64,000 nucleotides of DNA from Phoronis australis (taxonomy: Eukaryota > Animalia > Phoronida). Within the stretch, counting starts at the first letter, position 1. Every line of letters starts with the position of its first letter. Below the pieces are notes generated by a model that searched no databases, was not told the DNA's origin, and saw only the letters and a program-made list of their open reading frames with translations. The stretch covers positions 301,901 to 365,900 of the forward strand of contig NMRA01000095.1 in assembly GCA_002633005.1 (NCBI GenBank), given 5' to 3'. Position numbers and translations under genes: made by a program. Below are positions 1 to 14,800 of this stretch, one piece after another.

Positions 1-77
1 AATTTTGCCAATTTTCACATTTCCCGCCATGTGACGTCATGGGTTGAACACAAGAGAACAGTGACTAGCATTGAACA

Positions 78-347
78 ATGGCGGAAAGCAGGGAATTTGA
101 AAGCGACGACGATTATGAGCAAAAATTGAAAGGATACTATGAAGAAACGTACGGGAATGGTGGCCAGGATGAGGAAATGGGGTTGCACGAAAGCGAGAAT
201 AAGTTTATTGTGCTTCCGGCAGCGTACTTTTCTACTTTGAGCCTTACGAACTGGATCCTCCCGCGAGAGAAGCGGCCTCGGGCTCGGCGAGTCAACCCAG
301 TCATCCAACAGACGATCCTGAACTAAGAGCTGATGTTTCTGAATGAT
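78..347 (+). pseudogene. Probable first exon of a Kolobok KolX (P2X7-intracellular-domain-like) gene, frameshifted, cut off by the gap
   Basis: Acidic N-terminus MAESREFESDDD; a shifted frame reads EPYELDPP...PELRADVSE(W), matching the PYxFEP...DVSEW|CxC pattern of KolX-like proteins. Motif recognition only. Confidence 0.4.
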
Positions 348-360
348 AAATATTGTACTT

Positions 361-580
361 NNNNNNNNNNNNNNNNNNNNNNNNNNNNNNNNNNNNNNNN
401 NNNNNNNNNNNNNNNNNNNNNNNNNNNNNNNNNNNNNNNNNNNNNNNNNNNNNNNNNNNNNNNNNNNNNNNNNNNNNNNNNNNNNNNNNNNNNNNNNNNN
501 NNNNNNNNNNNNNNNNNNNNNNNNNNNNNNNNNNNNNNNNNNNNNNNNNNNNNNNNNNNNNNNNNNNNNNNNNNNNNNNN
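361..580. other. Assembly gap (220 N)
   Basis: Run of N. Confidence 1.
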
Positions 581-639
581 GAATGGCGTATCACATTTTG
601 GGCGATTCTGACGAATGTAAAGGCTCGTAGGCCTATATT

Positions 640-1180
640 GGTGAGATTGAATAGCCGCTGTGAAAGCGCATGACAGGGATGGCAAAGACACTGGTATAAA
701 CTCCGAAGTGCACGACACACTCGTTTGAGAAAGTAGAGGTGGGGATAATGGCCACAGAAAGTTCCTGGTTTGAACGAGGTGCCAGAATGGCTGTTGGGCT
801 TAAAGCCAATAATCCCCTTTTGAATAATATCACAGAAGTGTCAGATTAATGTTGGCTGACTAATGACAGAGACCATAGAAAGGTTAACGTCTTTGTTCAG
901 GGTCTAGAACATTGCAGAAACTGTCTCTTAATACCGCCAGAGGGCGACGAGATTTTTTCCACGGGAAGCTGTCAAACATCAATCCCCATTTAATGGCGCA
1001 AGGCGGCTCTGCTACGTCGGGGAATTTATTTTGTAGTAAGTTATAGAAGGTGTTATTGATATTTATTATGTATTTTTTATTCACCTGAAAGAATGACAAT
1101 GTTTTTCCACTAGCAATCAGGTCGTTGGTTTCAAGTGTAGCGTTTGTAATGTACCACAAATTTCGTGGGGATGTAGACAA
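640..1180 (-). mobile_element. Degraded L1/Tx1-type LINE ORF2 C-terminal fragment
   Basis: FYNLLQNKF...PPCAIKW...FPWKK and ILFKRGLLALSPTAIL resemble the post-RT region of Tx1-like LINEs; several frameshifts. Confidence 0.35.
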
Positions 1181-2059
1181 CACGTGGTGACCCTGGCGGC
1201 TTTGACAGAACTGCGCTAACTATACTTTCTTTAATCACCACCACGCTTCTTCCACTTTTAATTCGCCAAAAATATGGTCAGACTCGTCGCCGTGTTTTAG
1301 CTTTGTATTACAAATGAAATAGTGAAAGTTTTGCAAGGCGGTGTTTTATCTTAATTTGTGTCCGAAACTAACTTGGCGTGTATAAACGAATTTCTCTGGT
1401 CAGAACATAAACGTTTGATAAAAAAAAACAGAAGAAAAACAAAGCAGTCACTAACAGCTTTATCTGTCCGACGGTTCTGTACAGAGATACACAGGGACGT
1501 ACATTTCATTGGATGGTTGAAAATCTGCGGCAAAATATGGTCGAATCGCAAATCATCAACTACTTGAAAAACGGCATTTCGCTAGCATGTTCTTCCGACA
1601 TTTGGTTGAAATGTTTAGAAATTTGAACTGAAAGGAGTTGTGCAAATATGGACATTCCCGGGACATTCATGCATGAAAACTAAACTAAACGGGTAGAAAG
1701 TTATGAAAATACACTGTACGTCCACCTTGCAAAATTTCGAACGTTCTCGCTACAGGGATTGCAAACACATAGTTTGTGTTGTGAGATGAGCTGATGAGAA
1801 TTATCTAGTGTGAATGGCAGTCGTTGTTAGTATTCCCTTTGTATGTGAACCATCGACGAACATTTAGCTTTCCATTAGCAGTAATAGAAGTGCCACTTGT
1901 TTTTGTTCCTTTGGTGTGTTCATGAGGTATTAACATCATAACCAATATGTAATCAATTTCCTAGTCCATGCAGAGAAATCGAGATGTAATGGATTAGATA
2001 TTGAATTGTAGTATATATTTTGTTGTTTTCTCTCGTCTTCGGATTTTGTTTAAATCAAC

Positions 2060-2145
2060 ACGTGCGTGCGTGTGTGTGTGCGTGTGTGTGTCTGTGTACG
2101 TGCGTGTGCGTGCATTGTGTGTGCGTGTGTGTTTGTATAGTGTGT
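2060..2145. repeat. Imperfect (GT)n/(GTGC)n microsatellite
   Basis: cgtgcgtgcgtgtgtgtgtg... visible directly. Confidence 0.95.
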
Positions 2146-3826
2146 TTATTTCTGTATAAAGGGGCCGTTGGCCTAATTACACAGACTAAGGCTACAAGAA
2201 GAAGTGTTGGGTACATACATGTAGAAGAACTAGTTTCTGCACGCACGGAATAATTCCTGCAATACTAAATGATATCCCCTTCGCTTAGAGTGGGAAATAA
2301 AAAGACGACGTACCAGGTCCGTAACCTGCTAGTGAAATTGAGACGAGAAGACTGGTGAGCGGTGATTCTTCAACACCAGCACACCGTAAAATTTCCACAA
2401 ACAATTTAGGGTCAGGTACAGTACTCTCACAGCCACCCTCAGTATTCACCCCATCCTGGGTCACGACTATTTCTGTAGACTGACGGAAGCCGACATGAGT
2501 GGGGGTTGGATGGAAAATAATCCCCGGGGCTGCGATCCGTAGACGAAAGGCCCTCGCGTGCTTTGCTGGTGATACATGACGTCACTACGTGACTTCCAAC
2601 GGGACAATATCAGAAGCAAAGAAACCATTAAAACAACATACACGTATAATTGACTGAACGCAAACATTTTAATATGAAGCATAATGTGACAATTATACAA
2701 TTGAATAGACTTTAACAAGTTATATGAAATAGAGATAGTCATTAAGAACACAAGTAATGCCCGAGTTTTGCACAAAAATCTTTCCCTGCTCACATGCTTC
2801 GTTTTTATCGTTACATCGTCCTTTCTCACGGCCAACACCCATTCCGCAGAGCTCACCAGGTTTATTTTCTACGAGTAATAACCGCTCATTTTTATGACTC
2901 CTGGCGACACCAACCGGTCTGTTCTACAACATAGCTAACTCTTTTCTGCCCCACCCTTGTCTTCTCACTCTTCAGCGTGCATGTACACTAATAATGATGT
3001 GACAATCTTTGAATAGTAATTTGCATAAGACGACGTTCAAACATATACCGCTTACGTGTGGGCTTCAGACACAACATTTCCCCGTATAACTGTACTCGCA
3101 ATACAGTAATTTCAAGGCCTTACTAAATGTTAACAACATTAAAGACCCTATCCGTAAACACGAACACTTCACAATATCATCTCTTGCTTCGTTTTAATTT
3201 CAGAATTAGAATGATGACGTTATCAGTCATAATATTCATACCAACATTTACTGAATGCCTGTGAAGGAGTCTTTTAGCAACCAAACCACCGTAAAATGCT
3301 TCCGCCGGCAAACTGCACAATGAAAATCAGCAAAGCGCAACGACTAGTACAATTCATAGTATTCCAAGTTACTGACAAGAAAAGTGCACACACTTGAACT
3401 ATTTAGAAGCGCTAGCAAACAATCATAGTCGCCATAAAGGTATTCTAATTGACAGACACTTGCCACTCTTTCTGAAATACATGTATGTAAAACTAATAAA
3501 AATGTACAACCCTGGAGAGTATTCAAAACGTGTATTCACCAGGACGCTATATTCTTCTCATTGGTTGCACGTATACAGTGTATGTATTGTACAAGTTTAC
3601 TGACCAAAACGACCTCTGGTGGTCAAAACCATTAAAACAAGGATCACGCAGTAAAACTAAGGTAACAACATTCACAACACACTTATTTCTTAGAACGTAA
3701 TACAACCTAAACGTTTAGGTCAAAAGTTTATGTCCGTGCCATCAAATGAATGATAATTGTTTAAATTATCTCTTTCATTTTCATTTACACATTTTATTGA
3801 ACTTAACGACGATGCACTTATATGTA

Positions 3827-4273
3827 TCACACCCATTTGTACAGATTTAATGTTCCCTCGCACGTACGTACATCATCGTCCCCATAACCATTACTGCGAC
3901 TATTCAACTGAGCCAGATACAAATAACCATCACGATGGAACGACCGCCACATTATGCAGTCGGTTTCATTCAATTGTGCATGCTCGTAGAAACGACCATC
4001 AGCTCCTAGTTTATAAAGTACTGTTGAACTGGGGCACCACATAATATAACCGGTCACTGGCCTCAAAAAATGTTGAGTATCCGTTGCCATGGTTAGACAG
4101 AGTTTGCAAGTAGTCAAATCGCCTGGATATTTGACTCCATTTGAAAATAATTCGTGACAGTTTAACACTGTCCTCAGTGACAGCCATGTATCGGACGCCG
4201 CTCTTAGTTTTGAAAGTTGTTGGAGCGCTGCTTCCTCCTTGAATTTGGGGCAGTGTTTGATGAGTAATCCAGC
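3827..4273 (-). pseudogene. Terminal exon of an EAR/EPTP-repeat (TSPEAR-like beta-propeller) gene with one frameshift near 4025
   Basis: Acceptor tttacattgcAG at 4275-4274; reads WITHQTLPQIQGG..TTFKTKSGVRYMAVT..SRIIFKWS..RFDYLQTL..STFFEASDRLYYVVPQFN, then in another frame STVLYKLGADGRFYEHAQL..WRSFHRDGYLYLAQLN..LNLYKWV-stop: about three EAR-like repeats. Confidence 0.62.
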
Positions 4274-5289
4274 CTGCAATGTAAATAGTGCCGTCATACA
4301 ATAAGTCTTACTTTTACGAAAGCTGTCACGCTTCAACGTGAGAACACACCACTGCAACTGGCAGCACGTGTTCCCTCGTTCAATGAAAGAGCGGAACTCA
4401 TTTTGAAACCAATCTACTCTGAGCAGTTGTCCAGCTTATCCAGCGTCTGTGCTGCCACCTTCGGCGTAGCTGACAAATAGAAATAACTGCAATAGAAAAA
4501 ACTGAAATACATCTCAGCTACAGTAGGTCCAACCGATTTACCCACAGCTCGGGGTCAGCATGCGGTCCACTTTACGATTTTGTGTGTCTGCGTCCACATG
4601 ATGGCGTTTAACTCACGCCCGTGGAGTCTACTCTAAAGACTGAAGTCGCTACGATTATTGGCATTTTTTCTACCAGTTCTGTACAAAAGGTTTGCCTTTT
4701 CAAAAAAATTCCCCACCGAAGCTCTATTTTTGACACAAGTTAAACTCTGATGGTCAATTTGAGGGGGGGGGTCGAAAATATACAATCAAGGTTCCGTTTT
4801 CTAACTACAGAAATGCACAGAACGAGGTTTAATATTTTCAAGAATGTCTTGCTTACACTTATAAAACTTTGCAATGGCCGACCAAATTATACTCGTATTC
4901 GTCAACATTATATCTCTCATTCTATTGTCCAACAAATTTGAATGGTTAGCTATAATCAACACCAACCAAACGGTGGTACATGCATTACTGAAAGTAAAAT
5001 CTATAAGTAAACCTACATGTAACTATATCCAAAGTATAGTCGAATATTGCTCATGGACCCAAAGACTGGGGTGCAATGATTTTCAAAATCACGTCAAAGA
5101 GTGCCAAAAGCCACCCATCCTGATCCGTATCAATGTCGTGTAAAGTAATCATTGCGGTCACTTAAGGACCGCTGTGATCACTTCCGGGTATTTCTGTATC
5201 CTTACGAGATTGCCTCTTGTCCCCCCATTCTGGTTTCACTCTGCTGTGTTGATTGTATCAAATCCCTTAATACATGTAAGGGCAGGTAA

Positions 5290-6230
5290 GATACACTCAG
5301 CAATGAGATACATTCTTAGGCTCTGGAGTATTGAACAAAGGCACAGACTAGCCCAGGTGAAAGCAATGTTCCGGGTTGCTAAAAACATGAAACATCTTTT
5401 GCATGCAGTTGACTGTGCCCAAAGGCACCAGATTAAAGCGTGGCAAATCATGGTTGGCAGCAGCGGAAACCACAGTAGAAAGAGTGTGTGAGCTGGATCT
5501 GGTTCGCAGAGGAGAAGAGTATAAGCAGGTGGATGAAAAAACAGCTAGCAGATTCACTAGGGTTGTCATTACTATGGGCCGAGAGTGTCGTGAGAGGACG
5601 AATTGTGCAGTTAACAGTGAAGTTCTTGAGCTGGTCTATGAAAATTGTTGCGAAGGAGGATGCTGTGGTGTACACTGATGGATCGGTTAAAAGAGGAGAA
5701 AGATCTGGATGGGGCTATTTTAGTCAATGTGGATGGCAAAATAGTAGCGGAAAATGGTGAGGCATATGAGCTCACGACATCTAGTATGAAGATGGAGGAG
5801 GTTGCTGCTGATAAGGCACTTGCATGGCTACAGGAAATCACTCATACCTGTGCAGTTATTGTGACAGACTCTCAGAGCATGCTGAGAAAACTCGAAAAGT
5901 GATATCTCAAACTCGAGTGGCTGCTGCATGTACATGTACAAACAGTGGAGAGAGCTGACTTGGATATTCTCCCCTGGGCATGCCGGGATCACAGGAAATG
6001 CGAAAGCTGACAAGTGAGCGGGAAATGCACCGATACAGGGCGCCCTCAGATATAGGGGAGAGTGAGAATCTCGGAGCGCTTAGAGAGGTGGAGCCACGGG
6101 AGAATGGAGATGTAATTGACAGAATGCAGCTGTTTGGGTATGAGAGCTCGGCTGTGGTGCTGATAGTCGATTGCATGGCCGGGAAAGACAACTGTGTACT
6201 CAGCAGTTGATTGGAGTGGAAAGTCAAAGG
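5290..6230 (+). mobile_element. Degraded non-LTR retrotransposon fragment with RNase H domain (I/Ingi/Nimb-like)
   Basis: VVYTDGSVKRG..SGWG, TTSSMKME, AVIVTDSQSML and WIFSPGHAGITGN..AD motifs spread over frameshifted ORFs. Confidence 0.82.
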
Positions 6231-7114
6231 ACCTTGTCTGACTTGATGACGTGGAAAGCCGAGTATCTATGGGTCTGCCCCAGTGTGACGACACTGGTTC
6301 TGCACCCAAGTAATACCCAAATAAGGTAAGGTACAATTTAGAACAGCACACCATATTCGTACCGTCGAATATGCGTTTATGCAACACGCAATTCTGTTAC
6401 CAATCACGTACTTGTGACTTGCCGTTTGAGTAATGGTAGCATATGCTTAAATGGGAAATTTGAATTCATGGAAAGGAACTGTCAATATGGTGCACTACGT
6501 GTAAGCAGAGAATTACTATACAGAAAAGTATCAGGACAGGTGAACACTCAATTTCACTCTAGTCACGACTTTCCACTTTCACGCAATGTAATTCGGATAT
6601 ACATGTACTTTGAGATTGGCACTTACAAGCAGAGTTTGGTCGGTGGCCAATAGTCCAGACCCAGGCTTTCACTTTTAAAACCATTAATACTTAATATTTG
6701 TATACAACTGTGGCATCAAATGTTTCAGTTGAGAAGACTTCGACCATTGGACACACATACTCATTGACTTCTTAAACTTGCTGTATCAATCCTTTGTTAA
6801 AGGGGAATGTAACCTACTTCCGTGTCATTTCAGTCAAAAAAAGATTCTTGGACTATCCCAGTTATATGTTTCAGGTAATTGCAGCTCCCCGTAATTTTAT
6901 TAATAAGTCGTGCATTAATCCGGAAGTGACGTTTAGGGGGTCGAACTTTCAGCCATTTCGATTCCAGTACGTTAAAGGATCTGTTCCATTGTTGTGGTTG
7001 TGCTAAATTGGTTGGACCACTTGCCCATTGACGAGTATTCTACTACAAGCTAGGTTGTCGGAGAAATCAGTAACGCTGGATTTAGGAATCTTTTAGTTTG
7101 GAGTAGCAGTGGGT

Positions 7115-7570
7115 GGATATATGTTTGAGTCCGAGTATAGTGAGGCAGAATACTGACAGCTGTTGAGAGGGACGAGGCAAAGACTGAGGACAGACGTGGT
7201 GGGACGTCTTGGTGCAAATGCAAGGTGTGCACAGTCATGCCAACCCCAACGGAACGCCGTTCCTACTGGATGGTGACCTGAGCACCCAAACTGCTTGCAT
7301 CAATCCGTGTGACTAGCTTGCCTCACACCTGATACCTTCTCAATAGCTCGGATGCAAATCCACAATAAACTTATCACAGTTTGTCTCACCGGCCTGACCA
7401 CTAGACGACGAACTGTCCTCCCCACTGGGTATCGAACATGGCATGTATTCACTCCCACTACTCAACCTCGCTGAAAGGCTGCGTACAGGCTCTGGGCTGG
7501 AGACAAACCAGCACAGGGGGAGTCAGTGCTATTTCCCCGAATAGCAAGCTCTGGGGGTACGTTTGGAGGC
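7115..7570 (+). pseudogene. KolX / P2X7-intracellular-domain-like relic
   Basis: GYMFESEYSE, EDRRGGTSWCKCKVCTVMPTPTE and KAAYR motifs with stops and frameshifts. Confidence 0.7.
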
Positions 7571-7664
7571 ACGGGTGACAGTACATGAAGCGCCTCCAGC
7601 CACTGTAGATGCTCGCGAGGCTACACACTTAGAAATACAGTTTTCGAGGGTGGCGACGGGGCTC

Positions 7665-7944
7665 TACCGGGAATCAACAGCGACAGTATGGCATCCTTTT
7701 TCAGGCGTTGTTTTGCAGGAATTCTGTGTACATGTACATATCTCTTTCGTAATCCAACGAGAGAAAATGCCACACAATCGGTAATTCTCCACTGTTTTGT
7801 ACATTACGTTGACAGTAACGCTGAGTTTTTGATATGAACGGGCCAAGTACGGCGGAGCGTGTCATCTTCCGGAAAGCGGTGTAATGGCATACCCAAAGTG
7901 AGACGATAATGAGTACACTCCAGTTGGCAGTAACAGTGGAGCAT
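7665..7944 (-). pseudogene. THAP zinc-finger relic (transposase N-terminus)
   Basis: ATG at 7944; C..C, LHRFPEDDTLRRTW, YRLCG, HFLSLDYERD and RL(K)KDAILSL (AVPTIF-box-like) in shifting frames. Confidence 0.72.
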
Positions 7945-8887
7945 GTTGACCGAGTCGTAAACAGACGCAAACGACATGCGAACTTGTCACAACCGAGGTA
8001 AAACACTTACTGACTCAACAGGTCACAATCAGATTATATGAAAACAAAATGGCGGGAAATTCATAACCCCCTAAATGTCGCCTCCGGAATAAAGCGCCAC
8101 TAACTCATAAAATTACGGGAAACCATTATTAACGGAAAATATGTCTGGATAATCAAAGTATAGTCTTTTTACTAAAATGACACGAAAAAGGTTGCCATTT
8201 CCTTTTACCTGTTGCTTTTCAATATGGAGTGAAATACTTCTCACGGTAATATTGATAGAATTGGTAAATTACAAAATGAGAGCTGCAAAAGTGATTCTTA
8301 ATTGTCATTTTTAACACCGTCATCCGATATTCTTATAGATTTTATCTGGTTACCTTTTCCCAAACCTGTCGTTTACCAGCGGGTATTTCTCATGTATAAA
8401 ATTCGAAATGGATTTGCTCCAGCCTAACTCAAAATAGTTTTAGACATGTCTCTGATGTCCATCAAGGGACCACCTGAGCAGCAACCCGTAGGACTTCCTA
8501 CCTTCCTGTTATTAAAACTAAAATTTGTCAAAATTCATTTAATTATAATTTAACGCCCATCTACGTGGAGTTCTTTTGCAGTCACCATTGAAGATTGTAC
8601 GTCATGATTCCTTTTCAAAAATTATGTCTCACCTTCCTAGTACATACTGTAAAATTCCACAGGTGATTTTTATTGATTTTAATCTTAATTGATTTGAGTT
8701 TAATTTAGTTCAATTAGACTTAGTTTTTTAATTGTAAAATAGTGTCATTCTCTGCATATTTAAATAAATTGTAATATCCCATTGTAATACTGAGTGTATA
8801 TTTATTATTACTTGACCACATGATTACTTGAATATTTGTGATAGGAACCTTTGGCTCAAAATGCCATCAAGTTTTAAGTAAAGATTT

Positions 8888-10239
<1,352 letters not shown>

Positions 10240-10591
10240 AAGTAAGTTTTGATCATTTATGACTTCGTGTCAGTGCATACCTTTGCTCCTTCCTGATTCA
10301 GCCTGCGCTGCGCTCAAAACATAGTCGAAATACATCACCTGGCTGAGTTCACCCACCATGTATAGACTTGCAACATTGCCTGTAAACATTTACAATCAGT
10401 GACATATCGCAGTCAGCAAAATAAGACCAAAGAAGGTCCCTTAGCATTACAGACATGGCGTCTCAGTGATTTTATCATTCCCATTAAGGAGTATCCAGTA
10501 CATTCTACAAGTATCGGTCTAACATTGACCATGTCTAGTAAGTATTATAAGAATTTTCATATCAGCTTGCATGCTCTGTATAAAATGCCAA

Positions 10592-10744
10592 CAAGGACAG
10601 ATCCAGGATTTTTAAAGGGGGCGGGCAGATTAGGGATTTTTAAAAGGGAGTTCAAGTCAACAATTTTAAAATTCTAGATTTGATATCAATAAAATCAAGG
10701 GAAAAGGATGTCCTGATCCATGTGATCCCATGGATCCGCCCATG
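10592..10744. mobile_element. Short MITE-like element with GGCGGATCCA-type ends
   Basis: caaggacagatccagg ... tggatccgcccatg imperfect inverted ends; TSD not clear. Confidence 0.5.
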
Positions 10745-11586
10745 CCTAAAATAACAGCACCACAGACTAATTTTCCTTCTAAATTTGTGATTTCTCTGGC
10801 TTGCACAGTTTAATTACAATTAGATGTTCATATCGTTCCTCGATGCCTTACCTAAGTAAACCTTATGGGTTGGATTGTCGCTCCTCATAGTGGGCGCCGG
10901 ATGTGATTGGGTATTCAGTTCAATTTCTCCATCCAAATAAAATGTAAATCTGAAACAAAGGTGCCTTTCATTTCATATGTATTCCAAAACAACAATGCTG
11001 CAAATAATTATCCGAGAAAAAGAGGGCTGTATAAATATAAAAATAAATTAATTAATTAAAAATAATGATAAGGTGCAGGCAAAGAAAACTACGACAGCAA
11101 CATTAAATGAAACAGGGTTAAAGTACATGTAAATACCCATTGACAAAAAAGAAAACAAAACAAAGAGCTGAACATGGCGTAAAAATTAAGTCAGTTGACC
11201 TTGACTCTTAAAAAGTGAAATCACTTAGGTTTTGGAGAAATGAACTGTTCAGTAATATAAGACAAACTGTGCCAGTCATGTAAAAATGATATTTTTCATT
11301 CTTTTAATTATTACTAAGGTTTCAAAAGTGAGAACAGGTTTGATCATTGGATTGGAACATTAAAAAAACTGCCGAAGGCCTGGCCGAGGATTTCCCTTAT
11401 TTTCACAATCCTTCCGTCATACTCCAGGACACCAGGACAAATTGAAGATGAACAATTGGAATACACTATCTTCAAATTTAAGAGACGGCCGTTCAACCCT
11501 TGGTTTCAGCACTTAGCTTTCTATCAGTCCAAATGACAGGTTCGGTCCACAATTGTATACTTTGCAGTTGGCTGGCTTAGTAATTG

Positions 11587-11834
11587 CATGCTCACATCCA
11601 CCCTAAAAACTGGGTGTTCGAATTTTTGGGAATGTGGACCTTTAACTAAAATGAGGTACATTCAGAGCTATGGATTATACGTTCGACGAATTTTGGTAGT
11701 TCCTGCCTTTTAAGTGGATTTTGTCTCGTTTTTTCGGACTTTTTGTTTGTCTGAGGCGGCCTTTTTACCCAATTCGCCAAATGGGGTGGAGGCTTGTTCG
11801 AGCCCCCTTTCCCTCCCTCCTGGGTGTGCGCATA
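11587..11834. mobile_element. MITE family M1, copy 1 (CATG-ended TIR, 5-bp TSD AATTG)
   Basis: AATTG on both flanks (11582-11586, 11835-11839); internal sequence shared with copies at 22578 and 52167. Confidence 0.75.
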
Positions 11835-14800
11835 AATTGACTTTGCTAAAAGGGACTAAAAGAAATGATAAGCGTTTCAAAGGACTCCAGACAAGAGTTC
11901 CATATGATGATGTAGCTACTACAAACTTCAGGGATGAAGACAAGGTCTTACTAATATCCGTACACTGTATGTAAATGTATAAATGGATGTCGGTTAATAC
12001 CAAAATCTAGCAACAAAAATATTTCCACTTCCAAGGTCTGTCGGACACTAAATTCTTTGTAGGGCTCCCAGCGTCTCTTTAGCTTTGCAAGCAAGTGGTC
12101 TGCGCTGTCAAGCACAGCATCGACATCGCCATGTAAGCCTATGAACTGAATAAGGTCTGTCAAATAGTACGAAATGAAGCCTCAACATCGCCGTATTCAT
12201 TCTGGCAGTATGAATGTAATATCAACATCGCCATGTTAACTATGAATCAGCTGTGTCAGTGGAAAAGTCATTGTCATGTTTTGAATCCCCTTGCCTGGTT
12301 TGTTAGTGCTGTCTTTTAACTATTCCTCGCACCACATGACAACACCATAGATCAGATAGAGTTCAATGGCGGTTTCAACAAGAAGTGACACCGCCGTTAA
12401 AGTATTCCAGGCTAAAGTTTGCGATTACGGCTTGGATGAGTTAACGGGCGCTGCGTGGATATTAAGTGACATAATCAGAGCTGTAAGTGCTTCACCTGTG
12501 ACCTTGCATGTCTCTAGTAGGTCCTATTTTTGACCGAGTCAAAGATTTTGAATGGAGCGTGCGCAACGTGTGCGCAGTTGCGTGGTGGAGAATTACAGTG
12601 TAGGTAGACTTTTACATTGCGATCTATGTTAGCCGGACAATAAAATGCCGATTTATATTAAATGGGTGCTAAAAGATGTCATTGGGTATTGTGTAAATCA
12701 TTTATTTTGGTGGTAGGATTTACTCCATGTCCAAAGCAACCAAACCCAATGAGTACATGTACATGACAAAATTGACTGATGTGGATTTGAGCATGCAGGC
12801 AACTACATGTGAACTAGTGTTAATGTGAGTCGCAGACAATTGTACGCGTGCAGGAAAAGGCAACCGTCTATTTATCAAGGTGGTTCGTTTATAAACCTCC
12901 ATTAAAGTGCAGATATGTGAAGTTATCATACTTGTTAGTGACAGCCTCGAATGTAAAAATGGCGTGGTGTTCATTTCCGTCAGCAACAGGAGTCTGGCCC
13001 TCTGAAACGTCATGCAATAACTTAACATACTGAAGATACATATACTGAACGTGTAGTAGACTTAACTGGTATGATTGAATATTATTTCACTCTGACACAT
13101 GCTGTGTTCAAGTTATTGGGACAAATGTCCCTTCGATGCAGAACATTGTCGAACAGGAAAAACGCCAGAGACAAAATTTAACTTGCATTGTCTCTCCAAT
13201 CTTTTCATTTTCATCATTATCATTATTGAATTTATGTACATATTGTCCAAATAAAACACAACGAGGAATTAACTGAGACGCATTTTAGCTGACTCGAGAT
13301 TTACATATCGAAACCATGTGGTAAATTAGTGTGACAACTTGGCACAGATAGTAAAACTACATGCATGTATATTACTTACCAACCGGCCCCACCCCAGCAG
13401 CGTCATGGAATTACTTGCCGTTTTTAAGTCCAAATTGTTTGGCACTCTGTGTCCACGAGCCTCCAACTGTTGCATAACATTGCAAGTACATGTAACACAA
13501 ATGTAATGGATAATAGTTGACAAGACTCAGCGCCATCTTTTGTCAATATATTTGTTTGGTTAGTTTTCTAAGTAACAATGAACATTCAATAATTTTTTTC
13601 ATCAGGCTACCTCTTCGCTATGAGACGCAAATGGAGAAGGACAAAATATGAATGGGTCTTAAAGATGTATTTGCATGTCCCTGAGTATGCTAATGTATAG
13701 CTACGTGGATTTGCAAATCATCTACGATAAACAAAAGTCAGCTGTATTGACTGACAACTTGCAAATGTGAAAAACAAAAATTCTGCTAATGCATGTACAT
13801 TAGGTGACCTTGGGGCTCACGAAACCCGCATCATGCAGTGTTATTTCCCAAAACCATGTCTCGATACTTATTGGACACGGTTGATTGATATTACGGCGGA
13901 TCATTTTCGACACAATACTCGTTCCCATAAAATCTGGCAATTACCAACGTACTTCATATTCAAATTGTCGCTATACATGTTTATTTTGTTTCTAAATAAT
14001 TTGACCAAGCAATCACAGAGATAAGGAATTAGCGTGCAAGTTCCACTTCAATGTTTGGTTCTTTCAAACGGAGACCCATCGATGAGCCGGCTGATGCGTT
14101 GAAAATGACACCCATGACAGTATACACTGCACTCTATAACAAAATGACACTACATGTACATGTGTAGTCCACATTTAAGTGACACACATGACCTTTAATC
14201 TCATTGCCAAGACATCGATGACCTATAGTCTGCATGTTAATTGCAATTGTGACCTGTCATCTACAAATATATGACACCCATCGATCCATGACATTTAGCC
14301 TACATATAAGCGACCAAATAATTTTCGTACCCACTGTTAATAAATCGTTACATTTAAAACTGTTTCTTTTACTAGAGAAAACTTGTAACCTAACGCGCAC
14401 GTACATACATATAGGATGTGATCCGCCTCGTGAACAGTCTGAGTGAATTATTTAAACAATCTGCGGAAAAAATGAAAGAAACTTAGGAATTCGAGGCGTA
14501 TGGGATCAATACAAAACGTACCTCGACTGGCGTAAATGAAGTAATATCCCACTCCACATTATTCCGCGTATCGATCTCGACGTTTTGGTCTCGGTCGATA
14601 CGCGAAATAATGTCTTGTGGGATATAACTTCATGTTCGCCACTCTCGGCACGTTCTGTGTATATATTCATTTTTGTTAACCGCAAGGCCTCAAAACCAAC
14701 CATTACAGTGATTGGGTGTAATAGTGATGGACTACGAGAAACTAGGTAACATCTAGAGAGCAACAAGACGGACAGTTTACTGCAGAACTAGTACATGTAG

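Larger units (their letters stand above)
6801..8360. mobile_element. Internally deleted Kolobok DNA transposon relic (convergent KolX and THAP remnants); right end uncertain
   Basis: Left end TTAA|AGGGGAATGTAACC at 6797-6814; KolX-like relic on plus strand, THAP relic on minus strand; weak counterpart GGTTACCTTTTCCC near 8348. Confidence 0.62.

Noticed and set aside
301-720. ORFs containing X runs (also 38021-38611)
   Set aside because: They span N gaps
12366-12482. ATG-initiated plus-strand frame ending at GTAAGT (MAVSTRSD...IIRA)
   Set aside because: No recognisable domain and no compatible downstream exon found
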